This document shows positions 7,826 to 17,639 of a stretch of DNA of 37,735 nucleotides, in pieces; the first letter of the stretch is position 1; every line of letters starts with the position of its first letter. Both the position numbers and the translations under genes were made by a program. The notes beneath the pieces are model-generated. The model searched no databases, was not told the DNA's origin, and was given only the letters and a program-made list of their open reading frames with translations. Location: positions 1-37,735 of the IMG/VR virus record IMGVR_UViG_3300037483_000349. One strand, given 5' to 3'. The DNA is from a virus (taxonomy: Duplodnaviria; Caudoviricetes).

Positions 7826-8355
7826 CCAACAGGAGGAAAATGGATATGGCTTGTAAAAAACACGCAAAAACCCCCGTTAAGGGATATTCCGATTGTGTGG
7901 GTTGTGAAATTGAATATCTCCGCACTGAACTCGCCGAGAGTGAGAGGAAGAGGGGGGAGGCTGAAGAACGGGCGTCGCATTGGGCCGACATTGCTGGTAA
8001 CTTTGGAAAAGAAAAGGATGATGCTCTGGCGAGGATGGAGGAACTTACTAACTCGCTACAACAGATTAAGGATGAAAGCAACGGCGTCGAGGTTTTCTAT
8101 GCCGACATTGATCAGGTATTAAGTCGCTTAGAAGGAACCTATATCATCGCCCATCATGCCCTTTCACTCCCCACTACCGGAGCCGCCGACCGTCTCCGTA
8201 TCGAGGAACTCCAGGGAATAATCGAATCGGTCAAAAGCAAAAAGATCGGAATAAACAATCATGACGACTATTCCGACCTGTTGCATGATGCCCTATGTAA
8301 TGACATCATTACGTCTATCCGCTCCCGCATAACGGAGATGAAAGAGGAAGGTTAA
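7822..8355 (+). CDS. coiled-coil hypothetical protein (start may be ~7840)
   Basis: AGGAGG before ATG near 7840; converges on 8352-8762. Confidence 0.7.
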   Translation: MTNRRKMDMACKKHAKTPVKGYSDCVGCEIEYLRTELAESERKRGEAEERASHWADIAGNFGKEKDDALARMEELTNSLQQIKDESNGVEVFYADIDQVLSRLEGTYIIAHHALSLPTTGAADRLRIEELQGIIESVKSKKIGINNHDDYSDLLHDALCNDIITSIRSRITEMKEEG

Positions 8356-8762
8356 CGCCGCACTGCATTCAAATACCAGCCGACGCTTCGGGTGTCGCCG
8401 CCCGGAGAGTCTTTGATTAGCAGCACATACCCCGGCCACCGCGTCACAATATAGTCGGGGTTGTGCTCATGGCGGTAGGCTTCGCGCTCTTCCGGTTTGT
8501 CCCGGTATTTCTGGTTGAGCGGGAACAGGTAGTGTCCCAGAAACGACATAATGGCGGACAGACGTGAGCCGCCAAGTTCCTGCCCTCTGTCCTCAAACTG
8601 GCAGACGTGGATCAGTTCGTGATTGATCAGGTTCCGGTCCACGTTCTCGCCCCGGAAATGGATCGTGCGCCCCAGGGTCACGCCGTCAATTCTGCGCGGG
8701 AAGAACCACAGCAGTTTCGAGTTGTAGATGATTCGGACCTTGATTGCCTTGATTGTCTTCAC
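8352..8762 (-). CDS. HExxH metallopeptidase-like protein (DUF4157-like)
   Basis: GVTLGRTIHF...LINHELIHVCQ...PEEREAY. Confidence 0.7.
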   Translation of the reverse strand: MKTIKAIKVRIIYNSKLLWFFPRRIDGVTLGRTIHFRGENVDRNLINHELIHVCQFEDRGQELGGSRLSAIMSFLGHYLFPLNQKYRDKPEEREAYRHEHNPDYIVTRWPGYVLLIKDSPGGDTRSVGWYLNAVRR

Positions 8763-9310
8763 GCCATCCTCCCCAAGTAAACGGGCCGCTGATCAATTAT
8801 GTTGCCCTGCTCGTCCGTCACGTCTTCGGTGCCGACTTGGAACAGCTGGGTTTCGTAGACCGTCTCTGTCTCCCCAGTATCGTTCCCCTCGTCATCTAGG
8901 ATAGGCTTTTCAACTGCTACCTTATCCTGCCCCATTCTCTCAACGCGGATAAGGGTTCCCACTGAGTTATCACCCATAGCCTCTAGCGCGTTCGCTGCGT
9001 AGTCGTCGATGAGCACGCGGACGTAGCCGTTTGAGACGGGGGTGTTAACCCACCCGAGAAATTCCTCAACCTGCGCAGCGGTGGGATTACCTCCCGTCCC
9101 GAAGAGGTCAAGCGCCGTCTGTGCCAGCAGCGCCAACCCTGTTTCGTGGTCGGTGTCGTAAGGGGGCTTGAATTGCAAAATAACCGTTACCATATGTTCA
9201 CATCTCCCGCATCTGTCGCATTCGCTGTCTGCACCTTCATAATGCACATTCCCCCCACAGTGACAAGGTGTTGGCGTACACTCCGGGCAATCCGGTCCTT
9301 GTTTGTGCAT
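8759..9310 (-). CDS. hypothetical protein (183 aa)
   Basis: GGAGG RBS; Cys-rich N-terminus and acidic C-terminus. Confidence 0.7.
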   Translation of the reverse strand: MHKQGPDCPECTPTPCHCGGNVHYEGADSECDRCGRCEHMVTVILQFKPPYDTDHETGLALLAQTALDLFGTGGNPTAAQVEEFLGWVNTPVSNGYVRVLIDDYAANALEAMGDNSVGTLIRVERMGQDKVAVEKPILDDEGNDTGETETVYETQLFQVGTEDVTDEQGNIIDQRPVYLGRMA

Positions 9311-9325
9311 TCCCCCTCCATATTT

Positions 9326-10708
9326 TTAGCCCAGTGTGGTTTTGTACCACGTTGCGTCAGTACCCTCAAACCCACCAATATTCGGAAACCATCCAGCAAA
9401 ATGATCCGAGTCTGCTGCGTCGCGCCCTAGCTTGACACTCGCCGGTGTCCAAGCAACTACACTGCCTGTTGCGTCCGTATCAATGTCAACAGTGTCCAGC
9501 GATAGTGCCCAGTCTCCGGCCAAGCCCTTGACGCCTATCGTGTATGTCTCCCCTGCGGTGAGAGTTGCGGCTGCACTAAGGGTTGTCGTACCATCCGTGA
9601 ATATCAGGTTGGCTCCGTCATAAGACAGCTTGTTCGTGCCATCATCAAGCAGCGTTCCGGCTGTATCCGTTGCTGCGGGAATTACTACAAGTTGTAGCTG
9701 CGTTCCTACTTCTTCAAGGGGCTCATCTAACTCCGTCGCCTGACGGGTGACTGTGGTTCCCTCAGTCTCAATCCAAGGGCTTGCAAATGCTCCCGCCTCT
9801 ACCTGAACCCTTGAGAGCGTTCCTGTGACGGTGCAAGTGAGTGTCCCTGCGGTAGCCGTAACGGTCAGTGGTGAGCCTGCTGTTGCTGTTCCCGTTGCTG
9901 TTCCAGACACAGCAACATCCCCTGTACCGAGAACGCTGATGGTATACGCCTGCGCTGTCGTGGTGATGTTTTGCGTAACCGGAGCGTTGGAGTTGAGAAA
10001 GAGATTCGTCCTAGCAGGCCAGTTGGAATACCCGAACGGCCCATCGAAAGGCTCTGTGTACCACTTCCTTGTGCCTGCTTTGGTGGACAGCGAGACGAAG
10101 GGTTGAATGGGATTGCCGTCTGTGTCGGTGTCGTACCAGACGGGGATGACTTCGCGGACTGAGACGTTGTCGAGGGAGCCTGTGAAGTCTGCAGAACCAA
10201 GATAAAAATAAGAAGATCCTTCAGTAAATGGAAGCAGTAAATTTTTAGCCCCCGATGAGGTTATTGAAGTTGATGTAGAGTTCCCTAGATAAACCTGTAG
10301 TTCACCGCTAACCCTAGTCACATCACATAAGAATTGGTATTTTTTACCTACAACGATGGCTACACTTTTAATAGTGTTACTCCATGATGTAGCTGCAACA
10401 TTAAGCACACCACCAGAAATTGTCCATCCTGCGTTAAGTGTCCAGCCAGTCGCAGACGACATATCGCCACCAGTTACTAACTCCGGCCCTAGCATCGCCC
10501 CTTCTGCCACGGTCGTTGCCAGCCTGCCCCCTTCAAACCCCGCTGTATTAGCTGGAGAGGTGACAAGAGTACCTTCATGATCTGTGACTGTCAGAGCAGG
10601 GCCGGTGTAGGTGGGAGAGTTTTGAAGTAAATTGAATATGTCCGTGACAAAACGGCGCACGGCCCCGCCCCTGCCGAGTCCTAGTTTAAATCCGAGTCCA
10701 AATCCCAT
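9326..10708 (-). CDS. virion fibre/carbohydrate-binding protein (460 aa)
   Basis: GLGFKLGLG N-terminus; G/T/S-rich beta domains (ELVTGGD...SLDNVSVRE; RTNLFLNS; QVEAGAFASPWI). Confidence 0.7.
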   Translation of the reverse strand: MGFGLGFKLGLGRGGAVRRFVTDIFNLLQNSPTYTGPALTVTDHEGTLVTSPANTAGFEGGRLATTVAEGAMLGPELVTGGDMSSATGWTLNAGWTISGGVLNVAATSWSNTIKSVAIVVGKKYQFLCDVTRVSGELQVYLGNSTSTSITSSGAKNLLLPFTEGSSYFYLGSADFTGSLDNVSVREVIPVWYDTDTDGNPIQPFVSLSTKAGTRKWYTEPFDGPFGYSNWPARTNLFLNSNAPVTQNITTTAQAYTISVLGTGDVAVSGTATGTATAGSPLTVTATAGTLTCTVTGTLSRVQVEAGAFASPWIETEGTTVTRQATELDEPLEEVGTQLQLVVIPAATDTAGTLLDDGTNKLSYDGANLIFTDGTTTLSAAATLTAGETYTIGVKGLAGDWALSLDTVDIDTDATGSVVAWTPASVKLGRDAADSDHFAGWFPNIGGFEGTDATWYKTTLG

Positions 10709-10717
10709 CGTATGCTC

Positions 10718-11044
10718 CTATTGCCCCACGGCGTCAACCGTGTGGCCCTTGTCGATTTTATCCAGCGCCCTGTCGATCAACCCCGGCAGACCGTGCAGCC
10801 GGATCGGGTACAACTGGTTTTTAATGTAGGGCGGCAGCGGGCGGTCGATGCGTTTCATCCAGACCTCGCTGACCAACCCGCGCCGGATGGCTTTCTTCAA
10901 TTTCTTGACGCCCAGCCGGTGGCTGATGGTGCGGTCGATGTCAGCCCTTGGGACAAAACTGTGCAGAAATTGATCGAAACCAATGGCGATTCCGAGCAGA
11001 TAACCGATGCGCTTGCCGTTGTGAATGGCGTACCATTTTTTCAT
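10718..11044 (-). CDS. hypothetical protein (108 aa)
   Basis: overlaps the holin stop; DQ...DRTISHRLG...LDKIDKGH motif. Confidence 0.75.
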   Translation of the reverse strand: MKKWYAIHNGKRIGYLLGIAIGFDQFLHSFVPRADIDRTISHRLGVKKLKKAIRRGLVSEVWMKRIDRPLPPYIKNQLYPIRLHGLPGLIDRALDKIDKGHTVDAVGQ

Positions 11045-11496
11045 GCCTTGCCCCTGATCCTTTCAAAGCTGCGAAATCCGCCAAGACCGAGCAGACCGCC
11101 GAGCAACACTGTCAATTCACCCATGTCGATAGCGGGCAACGGCGGCACTTGCCAACCAAGGACAGCGGCAACCCACGGCAGCAGTGGGCGCAGCAAAAAA
11201 GTGTAGCCAAGACCAAAGACGCACACCCACCCGACCGAAGGACGCCAGCCACTTTTGAACAGCGAGGGGTCAGCAGCTTCGATTTTGTTGATGTCAAGCT
11301 GACCCTGGATCACCGTCAAGTCGGCCTGCAAGACAGCGGCTTCAAGAGCTGCGGACTGTTCGAGCAACCGCGTCCTTTGCTCTGCCGTAATCGATTCCTC
11401 GCCGGTCAGCGCCGTGCGGATGTCCTTGGCAAATTCACCCGCCCCGCCCAGCAGCCCGGAAACCGCGCCGGATGTAATACCGTCCCAAAATCCCAT
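11041..11496 (-). CDS. 3TM holin (GTA-type)
   Basis: QLDINKIEAA...SGWRPSVGWVC...LLGLGGFRSFER. Confidence 0.88.
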   Translation of the reverse strand: MGFWDGITSGAVSGLLGGAGEFAKDIRTALTGEESITAEQRTRLLEQSAALEAAVLQADLTVIQGQLDINKIEAADPSLFKSGWRPSVGWVCVFGLGYTFLLRPLLPWVAAVLGWQVPPLPAIDMGELTVLLGGLLGLGGFRSFERIRGKA

Positions 11497-11913
11497 TCAT
11501 ACCTCCCTGATATCCAAAACAAACGCCTTATATTCGGTGTACTCGATCAATTTGGCAAGGGCTTTCTGGCTGTTCAAAATCATATCCTGGCCGTCACCCC
11601 GCAAACTGCCGAACCCAATGGCAATGCAGCCGAGCAAGTCACTTTTCCAACCCTTGCCCGTATCCCCGGCCCAGTTGCCCGCATGGATCAATATCTCGCT
11701 CCTGGCGGTCACATCCTGCAACCAGAAGCACCTTCCGTGCGTCGGGGAGACATGCGGGGTACAGAGATATACCCCAACCGGGATGCAGGAAATATTGCGA
11801 GCGTTATCCTTCCAGGGCAGCTCGACGGTTTGCATTTCCAGCGCCTCGCCTTCGAGAACGCCGAACGTGCCTTCTTCGGTCGAGGGTTCGCGTGTGAGCG
11901 TCAACCGGATCAT
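11497..11913 (-). CDS. DUF5675-like protein, probable endolysin
   Basis: TVELPWKDNARNISCIPVGVY...RSEILIHAGN...GCIAIG; lies between membrane genes. Confidence 0.8.
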   Translation of the reverse strand: MIRLTLTREPSTEEGTFGVLEGEALEMQTVELPWKDNARNISCIPVGVYLCTPHVSPTHGRCFWLQDVTARSEILIHAGNWAGDTGKGWKSDLLGCIAIGFGSLRGDGQDMILNSQKALAKLIEYTEYKAFVLDIREV

Positions 11914-12194
11914 GTGCGACCCCCAACGGCTATCCTATGCCTTTCCTTACATGTGGCCTTGTGGGATTCCAAATCAGCCCTTAGTCTCCCATAGTGTTCA
12001 ATTCGGTCCTCTCTCTCCTGTCGAAGCTCCGTGCTAAGTTCATCTAGACTCTTTGCCATATTCCCCATTTTGTCGAGAAGAGCCCTAAACCCCGTTCTTA
12101 TAAGCCATGCAAGGACGGGTAGACCCACGGACAACAGGAGGGCGACGAGGGCAGATAGGCCGATGTATACGAGGTCCGGCACCGTTGCGGGCAT
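11910..12194 (-). CDS. TM plus coiled-coil lysis-region protein
   Basis: N-terminal TM helix followed by a coiled coil. Confidence 0.7.
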   Translation of the reverse strand: MPATVPDLVYIGLSALVALLLSVGLPVLAWLIRTGFRALLDKMGNMAKSLDELSTELRQEREDRIEHYGRLRADLESHKATCKERHRIAVGGRT

Positions 12195-12203
12195 TCGTCC
12201 CCC

Positions 12204-12305
12204 CTACTTTTTCTTGCCGCCGTGACAGGGCATCATCTTCCCGCCTGTTCCGCCTTTGGGTCCTTTGGGCTTGGTCGTCTTTCTGGGAGGTCTGGGTGCG
12301 GCCAT
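12204..12305 (-). CDS. 33-aa basic peptide
   Basis: AAGGAG RBS; MAAPRPPRKTTKPKGPKGGTGGKMMPCHGGKKK*. Confidence 0.6.
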   Translation of the reverse strand: MAAPRPPRKTTKPKGPKGGTGGKMMPCHGGKKK

Positions 12306-12353
12306 GGTTGATTCTCCTTTACGTGTGGGGCCACTCTCCGGTGGCGAGTCGAT

Positions 12354-12385
12354 AAAAAACGGCTACGGTCAAGCACCCCGTAGCC
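12354..12385 (-). terminator. intrinsic terminator after the ejection genes
   Basis: minus strand ggctacgg...ccgtagcc then gtttttt. Confidence 0.6.
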
Positions 12386-12430
12386 ATCAAGACAAGTCCA
12401 GTAGGCCCGAAGGCCCGATAAATTGAATAG

Positions 12431-14935
12431 CTAATCAGCGTCCCCATTTAATGCTCCCATTGTCGCACCGCCCATGCCAGCGGCGCGGGCGGCTTCCGTT
12501 GTTTTCCGATAATCGTCCAGTCGGATTATTTTCCCATCGAGAACGGCGGCAAGTTCCTTCTCCGGTATTTTCCCGCCAGCGGCACGAATGAGGGTTTGTG
12601 CATAGTCGGGATCGAACAATGCCCGGTTCACCATGGCGTTGATTTTGTCGTCTCCATACCTTGACAAGATATTCATCAGTCCCTTGGCAACGGTGGCGGT
12701 GCGGGAGAGATACTGAATTTTCCCTATCTGGGTCAGGATGTTCTCCGCCGTATCACTTCCGCCCCCTATAGGGCTTCTGGTGTTGCGGGTGGATATCTCA
12801 TAGGCCCGGCGCATGGTGTTGAGCGTCTTTATTTTCTCCGGTTCCCCTTTATAGAGAACCCTCATGACGGGGGCGTATTTCGCCATGGTTTTCTGAAAGG
12901 CGGCATTGGAAATGATCGGGCTTCCGACAACGTCCTTGGCCGTGGTCTCGATGGTTCCCATGAGGTGATCCGCAAAGGCTTTTTGCAGTCCCTTCTTCCC
13001 TGCCGGGTCCTTTTCGACCATGCGCATGAGCTTTGCCGCTTCCTGTCCTGCGTTTCTGCCCGAGAACGCAGCGGCTACGGCCCTTTCGGGGTCGGACCCA
13101 AGGATTCTCCCGGCTACGGATTTTTCGAACTCTACAGAGGCTTTTTTTGCAGCGTCGGCGGCTTGTTGCGCATTGGCAACGCCTTTGAAATCATCCTCAA
13201 GTCCAAATCGCTTGAGCAGCGGCCTGTTTCTGGCAAACCACTGATTCATCTTGCTTGTGACGATATTCCCCTCTGCGTCCACTGCTTTTTCGAGAAGGTC
13301 ATAGGCGGCATGGTCCCGCATGATGTCGGGTGCATCGTTCGGTGCCGCCTTTAAAAGATCGTCAGCGGCTGACAGGTTGCGAGCGTTCCAGACCTTTGAT
13401 GGTATTTGTGCAAGAGGCGTCCGTGTCGCCTCCCTGTTCGCTCCCGGCCTGAGCAGTTGGCCCACCGTCCCCTTGCGGAACACTCCGGCATAATCTTCCC
13501 TGAAAAAGCGGTTAGCTTCTCTGAGTGCGCCGGTGGCCTCGGTGTCTTCTGCCGCACTAATCACCTTGTCAACAGCCTTAGCCGCCTGGTCATAGCGGGA
13601 CGCCATCCTCCGGTTTGGTGTCTGTGAAGACATTATCCGGCTTGACTCCTCCATTAACTCCGATCTGAGTCCTTGGAGGTCATCCAATGACAGGTTGCGG
13701 GGGAGTCCTTCGGCGGTCATTTCCTTTCCGTATTGGTCAACCAGCCCGCCGCCCACTTTTTGGGGTTTAAATGCCCGCCTGACCACTTCAAGGATGTCGG
13801 GAACATTGGCCGGGTCTTCAAACTTGGACATAGGCTTTGAAAGTCGGGCGAAATCGCCCAGCATGTCATCCACTGGAACAATGGTGCCCGGCACTTCATC
13901 ATAGAGTTCACCGGCCCTAGCCTTCGCCGCCTTTTCACCAATTTTCAGGGTGTCAACAATCCTCTGACCTGTCTGCACCGGGTCCGATGCGGGAAGACTA
14001 CCGGCCTCAGCCCTTGCCGTTCCCATCATGGTCTGTTCCGCCTGCCCCAGTCCTGATCGTTGCCCCTGTAATGAGGTAATGAGGTCGTCGACCCCTTCTT
14101 TTCCCCCAAAGGCTTTACCGTAATATGCGCGGAGTGCTTCGTTGTTCGCCGCCAACTGTTCGGCGTTCATATCCGCACCGGACCCCGGCTGTCTCATCTG
14201 CGCCCGTTCGAGCTTGATTAGATTGGGGTCGTTGGTCTGCTGACCCATCGTAAATTTAAGCCCCGGTATTTCCTTTTCGATGGCGGAGGCTTCGGCGGCG
14301 TTCTTGGCGTAAATAGGCCCCGCCGAGGTGTTGGCTTTGATAATATTCCCGGCAGATGCTTCGGCACCTTTTTGTGTGAAGGCTTTTTGCGCCGGTTCGG
14401 TGATGGCACGAAACGCCGTCTTCCCACCTGATTTAATTGCCATGAATGCAGGGGCAAGAAGCTGGCCCCCCATTTCAAGAGAAGCCCCATTTGCAAGGTC
14501 GTTGACCGTCTCAAGCGCGGTGTCGGCCATACCTTGAGGGCGTCTAATCCCTAAAGATTCATCAAGGATATCCGCTCCCCTCTTCCCCATGGCATATCCC
14601 AGTCCTCCCCCGGCAACGCCGAGAACAGGGGAAGCCGCTGGCGCACCGGGACCTGTGGCAAGACCGGCACCGGCACCAAACACCGTACCCAGAGCCGCAC
14701 CACCCCCCTCAAGCAGAGGTCTAGCAGCCCTTGAAACGGACCCCCTCCACGTATCGGCGGGATTTTCCAACTGCCCTACCGGGGAGTGGGAGGGGTCAGT
14801 CGCTGTTTGTTCGGGTTCCCTGGCCGGTTCTTTCATCCTCTTGGCGAACTTCAACACCTGTTCAGGGGTCGTGCCTTCAGGGACTTCGAAGCGTCCGATT
14901 CTTCCGTCTGGAAGCTGCACCTTTGCGATAGGCAT
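12431..14935 (-). CDS. large DNA ejection/internal virion protein (P22 gp16-like position)
   Basis: 834 aa, Ala/Gly-rich helical; third of three such genes. Confidence 0.75.
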   Translation of the reverse strand: MPIAKVQLPDGRIGRFEVPEGTTPEQVLKFAKRMKEPAREPEQTATDPSHSPVGQLENPADTWRGSVSRAARPLLEGGGAALGTVFGAGAGLATGPGAPAASPVLGVAGGGLGYAMGKRGADILDESLGIRRPQGMADTALETVNDLANGASLEMGGQLLAPAFMAIKSGGKTAFRAITEPAQKAFTQKGAEASAGNIIKANTSAGPIYAKNAAEASAIEKEIPGLKFTMGQQTNDPNLIKLERAQMRQPGSGADMNAEQLAANNEALRAYYGKAFGGKEGVDDLITSLQGQRSGLGQAEQTMMGTARAEAGSLPASDPVQTGQRIVDTLKIGEKAAKARAGELYDEVPGTIVPVDDMLGDFARLSKPMSKFEDPANVPDILEVVRRAFKPQKVGGGLVDQYGKEMTAEGLPRNLSLDDLQGLRSELMEESSRIMSSQTPNRRMASRYDQAAKAVDKVISAAEDTEATGALREANRFFREDYAGVFRKGTVGQLLRPGANREATRTPLAQIPSKVWNARNLSAADDLLKAAPNDAPDIMRDHAAYDLLEKAVDAEGNIVTSKMNQWFARNRPLLKRFGLEDDFKGVANAQQAADAAKKASVEFEKSVAGRILGSDPERAVAAAFSGRNAGQEAAKLMRMVEKDPAGKKGLQKAFADHLMGTIETTAKDVVGSPIISNAAFQKTMAKYAPVMRVLYKGEPEKIKTLNTMRRAYEISTRNTRSPIGGGSDTAENILTQIGKIQYLSRTATVAKGLMNILSRYGDDKINAMVNRALFDPDYAQTLIRAAGGKIPEKELAAVLDGKIIRLDDYRKTTEAARAAGMGGATMGALNGDAD

Positions 14936-15999
14936 TATTCAAACCCCAGAAACTGGATGCCGCCGGTTGCGGCAGGTTTATTCCCCCCGTTTAGGTCATA
15001 GTCAATCATGAGGTCATACGGCAACGTATCCGACCCCGGCCTGCTCATGGCCTTTTTGGCATCTTTGTTGTAGTTCCGAATGACGTTTTTGTATGCCCTT
15101 TCGTTGATGTCGAGAAGCTTTTTAATTGCCGGGGCGGAAAGTGTGATTTTCCCACCGACAATTTTTTCCGCATATTCACGGTCAGCATCAGACAACCCGG
15201 TTCCCGAACCGAACTGCTTGATGATTTGTCCAACTTGGTTCCCCATAGTTGCCGCGTATGCTTGGGTATTTGCTACCGGGTCTTCAGCAAACTTGAAACC
15301 CAGGCGTGTTGATAGCAAGTTCCCCATGTCCGTCAGGAATTCAGCGCCTGAGCCTGTAATCATCCCTGAGTCAAAAAGGCCCCTTGCGATTTTCAAACTT
15401 TCGAGACCTTGAACCGCGCCTACCGCGTCGTCTCTTCGTTTGATAAGGTTGGTCGCCATCCCCTCGGCAAGTTTGTCCATCCCCTTCTGACCACTGTCGA
15501 CCGTTTGTGATACCTTGGTTGCCCCGGCCTTCTTCTGGTCCATGACGTTCTGCTGCCATGCCGCGTAAGCCTCCGGGCTGTTGGGGATCTCCTTCCCGCG
15601 CAGGAATGTCGCGTAGTCCTGAGACAACCCCTTGTAGGGGTCCCTCTCTTGCCCTTTGCTAATATACTCCATCCCCTTGAACGGATCGCCGCCCCCCTGA
15701 ATAAACCGCCGACCGATATCCTCCATCCCCATCGGGCGGGGTTTTTGAGGGCCTGCGTACCCCTCGGCAAAGGGGCCGGTAGGTTGCAAGGCGGTGGCCA
15801 TGGCGTTTTGGTTCGTCACCCGCTGCTGGTTTGCGCGCTCGTACTCATCCATCTGCATCTGCTGGAATTTCTGAGCAAAGGCATTTTGCTGCTGGCGTTC
15901 CTGGTCAAGCCCGGCCTGCCGTCTTTGCTGGTCGCCGTACATCAAAATATTACCCTGCCGAGAAATCTGGGCAAGGATGGGGTCCATATAGTTTGCCAT
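14935..15999 (-). CDS. DNA ejection protein (P22 gp20-like position)
   Basis: Gln-rich N-terminus; GLSDADREY motif; synteny. Confidence 0.7.
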   Translation of the reverse strand: MANYMDPILAQISRQGNILMYGDQQRRQAGLDQERQQQNAFAQKFQQMQMDEYERANQQRVTNQNAMATALQPTGPFAEGYAGPQKPRPMGMEDIGRRFIQGGGDPFKGMEYISKGQERDPYKGLSQDYATFLRGKEIPNSPEAYAAWQQNVMDQKKAGATKVSQTVDSGQKGMDKLAEGMATNLIKRRDDAVGAVQGLESLKIARGLFDSGMITGSGAEFLTDMGNLLSTRLGFKFAEDPVANTQAYAATMGNQVGQIIKQFGSGTGLSDADREYAEKIVGGKITLSAPAIKKLLDINERAYKNVIRNYNKDAKKAMSRPGSDTLPYDLMIDYDLNGGNKPAATGGIQFLGFE

Positions 16000-16008
16000 G
16001 CTGACTCC

Positions 16009-17109
16009 TTAATAAATCGGCTTGACCCGAGAGGCTGCTATCTGATCTTGCCCCATGTTATAAAGCATGTAGTTGTTCGCCGCCCCCATTCCTGCCCCCG
16101 CCATACCGCCGATCATGTTGGCGCTGTTTTGCCCTTGCTGGTTTGCGAGGTTGGCGAGGGTGTTGCCCTGATTCATGTAGGTTGACGCAACCCCTTGGCC
16201 GGTTGCCATGGCGTTTTGCCCTGCTGTTTGGGCCGCGCCGCTGCCGATTTTTGCCATATCGAGTACGCGCCCGTATTGGCGATCCCCCATGTTGCTCTGC
16301 ATATTGTACAGGTCCATCAGCCGGGAACTGTTGCGGCCGTAGATATCACCCTGTTGTTGATATCCGAGACCATACGTTGTCAAGGCGTTCTGGTTTTCGC
16401 GATTCATGGTATCGAGATTCCGAGAATAACTGTCCTGCATAAACGGCAGCAGGTTGCGCGACATGGCGTCTTCTGCCCCGGACGATGCAAACCGCCCTTG
16501 TGCTCCGTAGCGGCGATTGAGTTGTTTCGTCATCTCCTCGGCTTGCAGTTTATAAATCGGGTCGTTTTCAAGATCGATGTTTACCTGACTTTGCAGACCG
16601 GGGATGCCAGGCATACCGCTTGACGGGTCGAGACGCGACAACGCGTTGACATATTGCCCTTCTTCACCCAAGGTGCCCGGCATGGCGGAGCCGGTAGGAA
16701 GGGGCGTTCGGTCTGGGCCAACGCTATCCATTGCTCCGTTGGCCGCGTTATAGACGGGGCTGATCAAACTGTGCATGGGGCCGCCGCTGGGGTATTGCAT
16801 GGCGTTGCCGAATGCGTTAGAGGTGAACCCTTGTTGGGATGGATCTTGTTGTTGGTATGAATAGTTCGGGCCAAACGCCATCCCGCGCAGGTAGGGTAGT
16901 GATTCACCGAAAAGTTGCCGCTGCCCTTCCGTGTCCGCCCGCGATTGACGATACATGTCCATCTGTGCGTCGGTTGCGTATTGCCCGGCAGCTGCTGCGG
17001 TGTTTGCCGCCGACTGCGTCCCCTTGGACGCTTCCTTACCCCCAAAGTAAGACCCAGCACCCCCAAGTAGGGCACCACCCAAAATTGCCGCGCCGGTTCC
17101 AATAGCCAT
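16009..17109 (-). CDS. DNA transfer/ejection protein (P22 gp7-like)
   Basis: GAAILGGALLGGAGS N-terminus; G/Q/N/A-rich; follows the GNAT gene. Confidence 0.8.
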   Translation of the reverse strand: MAIGTGAAILGGALLGGAGSYFGGKEASKGTQSAANTAAAAGQYATDAQMDMYRQSRADTEGQRQLFGESLPYLRGMAFGPNYSYQQQDPSQQGFTSNAFGNAMQYPSGGPMHSLISPVYNAANGAMDSVGPDRTPLPTGSAMPGTLGEEGQYVNALSRLDPSSGMPGIPGLQSQVNIDLENDPIYKLQAEEMTKQLNRRYGAQGRFASSGAEDAMSRNLLPFMQDSYSRNLDTMNRENQNALTTYGLGYQQQGDIYGRNSSRLMDLYNMQSNMGDRQYGRVLDMAKIGSGAAQTAGQNAMATGQGVASTYMNQGNTLANLANQQGQNSANMIGGMAGAGMGAANNYMLYNMGQDQIAASRVKPIY

Positions 17110-17110
17110 A

Positions 17111-17536
17111 TCACAGATCCTTTACATAATGGGTTTCCATTTCTGAATACCCTTTGCGTTTGTACAACATTTTGAGCCGTTCCGGCATAGAATCCGAAAG
17201 ATGGACCATTATGGCCTTGGTGGCTCCAACTGCGCTCGCCCACTGTTCATAGGCGGACAGAAGCTCTTGCCCCTTCCCCCGGTGTTGAGGATCTACCCAC
17301 CAAAACATTTCCGTAGCGATTGTTTCACCACTGTTCGGGTCGGGGTAGGCCATGGCCCCGAGCATTCCGTGAAAATCATCCTGCACCAGCAAAACGCCAA
17401 ATCCGGAATCGATCAGACTTTCCCACGTCCTGCGGAAAACATCCGGTTTGTACTTAACAAAATGGGATGCCTCAGAAAATTGACGGCACAGCACATCGAT
17501 CTGTTCCAAATCTTTTTTTTGGGCTAACCAAATCAC
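17111..17536 (-). CDS. GNAT acetyltransferase-like protein (P22 gp14 position)
   Basis: EMFWWVDPQHRGKG and LYKRKGY motifs. Confidence 0.85.
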   Translation of the reverse strand: MIWLAQKKDLEQIDVLCRQFSEASHFVKYKPDVFRRTWESLIDSGFGVLLVQDDFHGMLGAMAYPDPNSGETIATEMFWWVDPQHRGKGQELLSAYEQWASAVGATKAIMVHLSDSMPERLKMLYKRKGYSEMETHYVKDL

Positions 17537-17639
17537 GCCACCTCCTTATGCAATAATGTGTCGGACCCTTCCTCAGGCGCTCTCCATTAGGCCCATTTCT
17601 GCGGGTTTATCACTCATCAATCTGTCCTTTTATGCGGGA

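Noticed and set aside
10948-11994. Long + strand ORFs opposite structural and lysis genes (also 23401-24234, 24975-26024)
   Set aside because: Antisense shadows of well-supported minus-strand genes.
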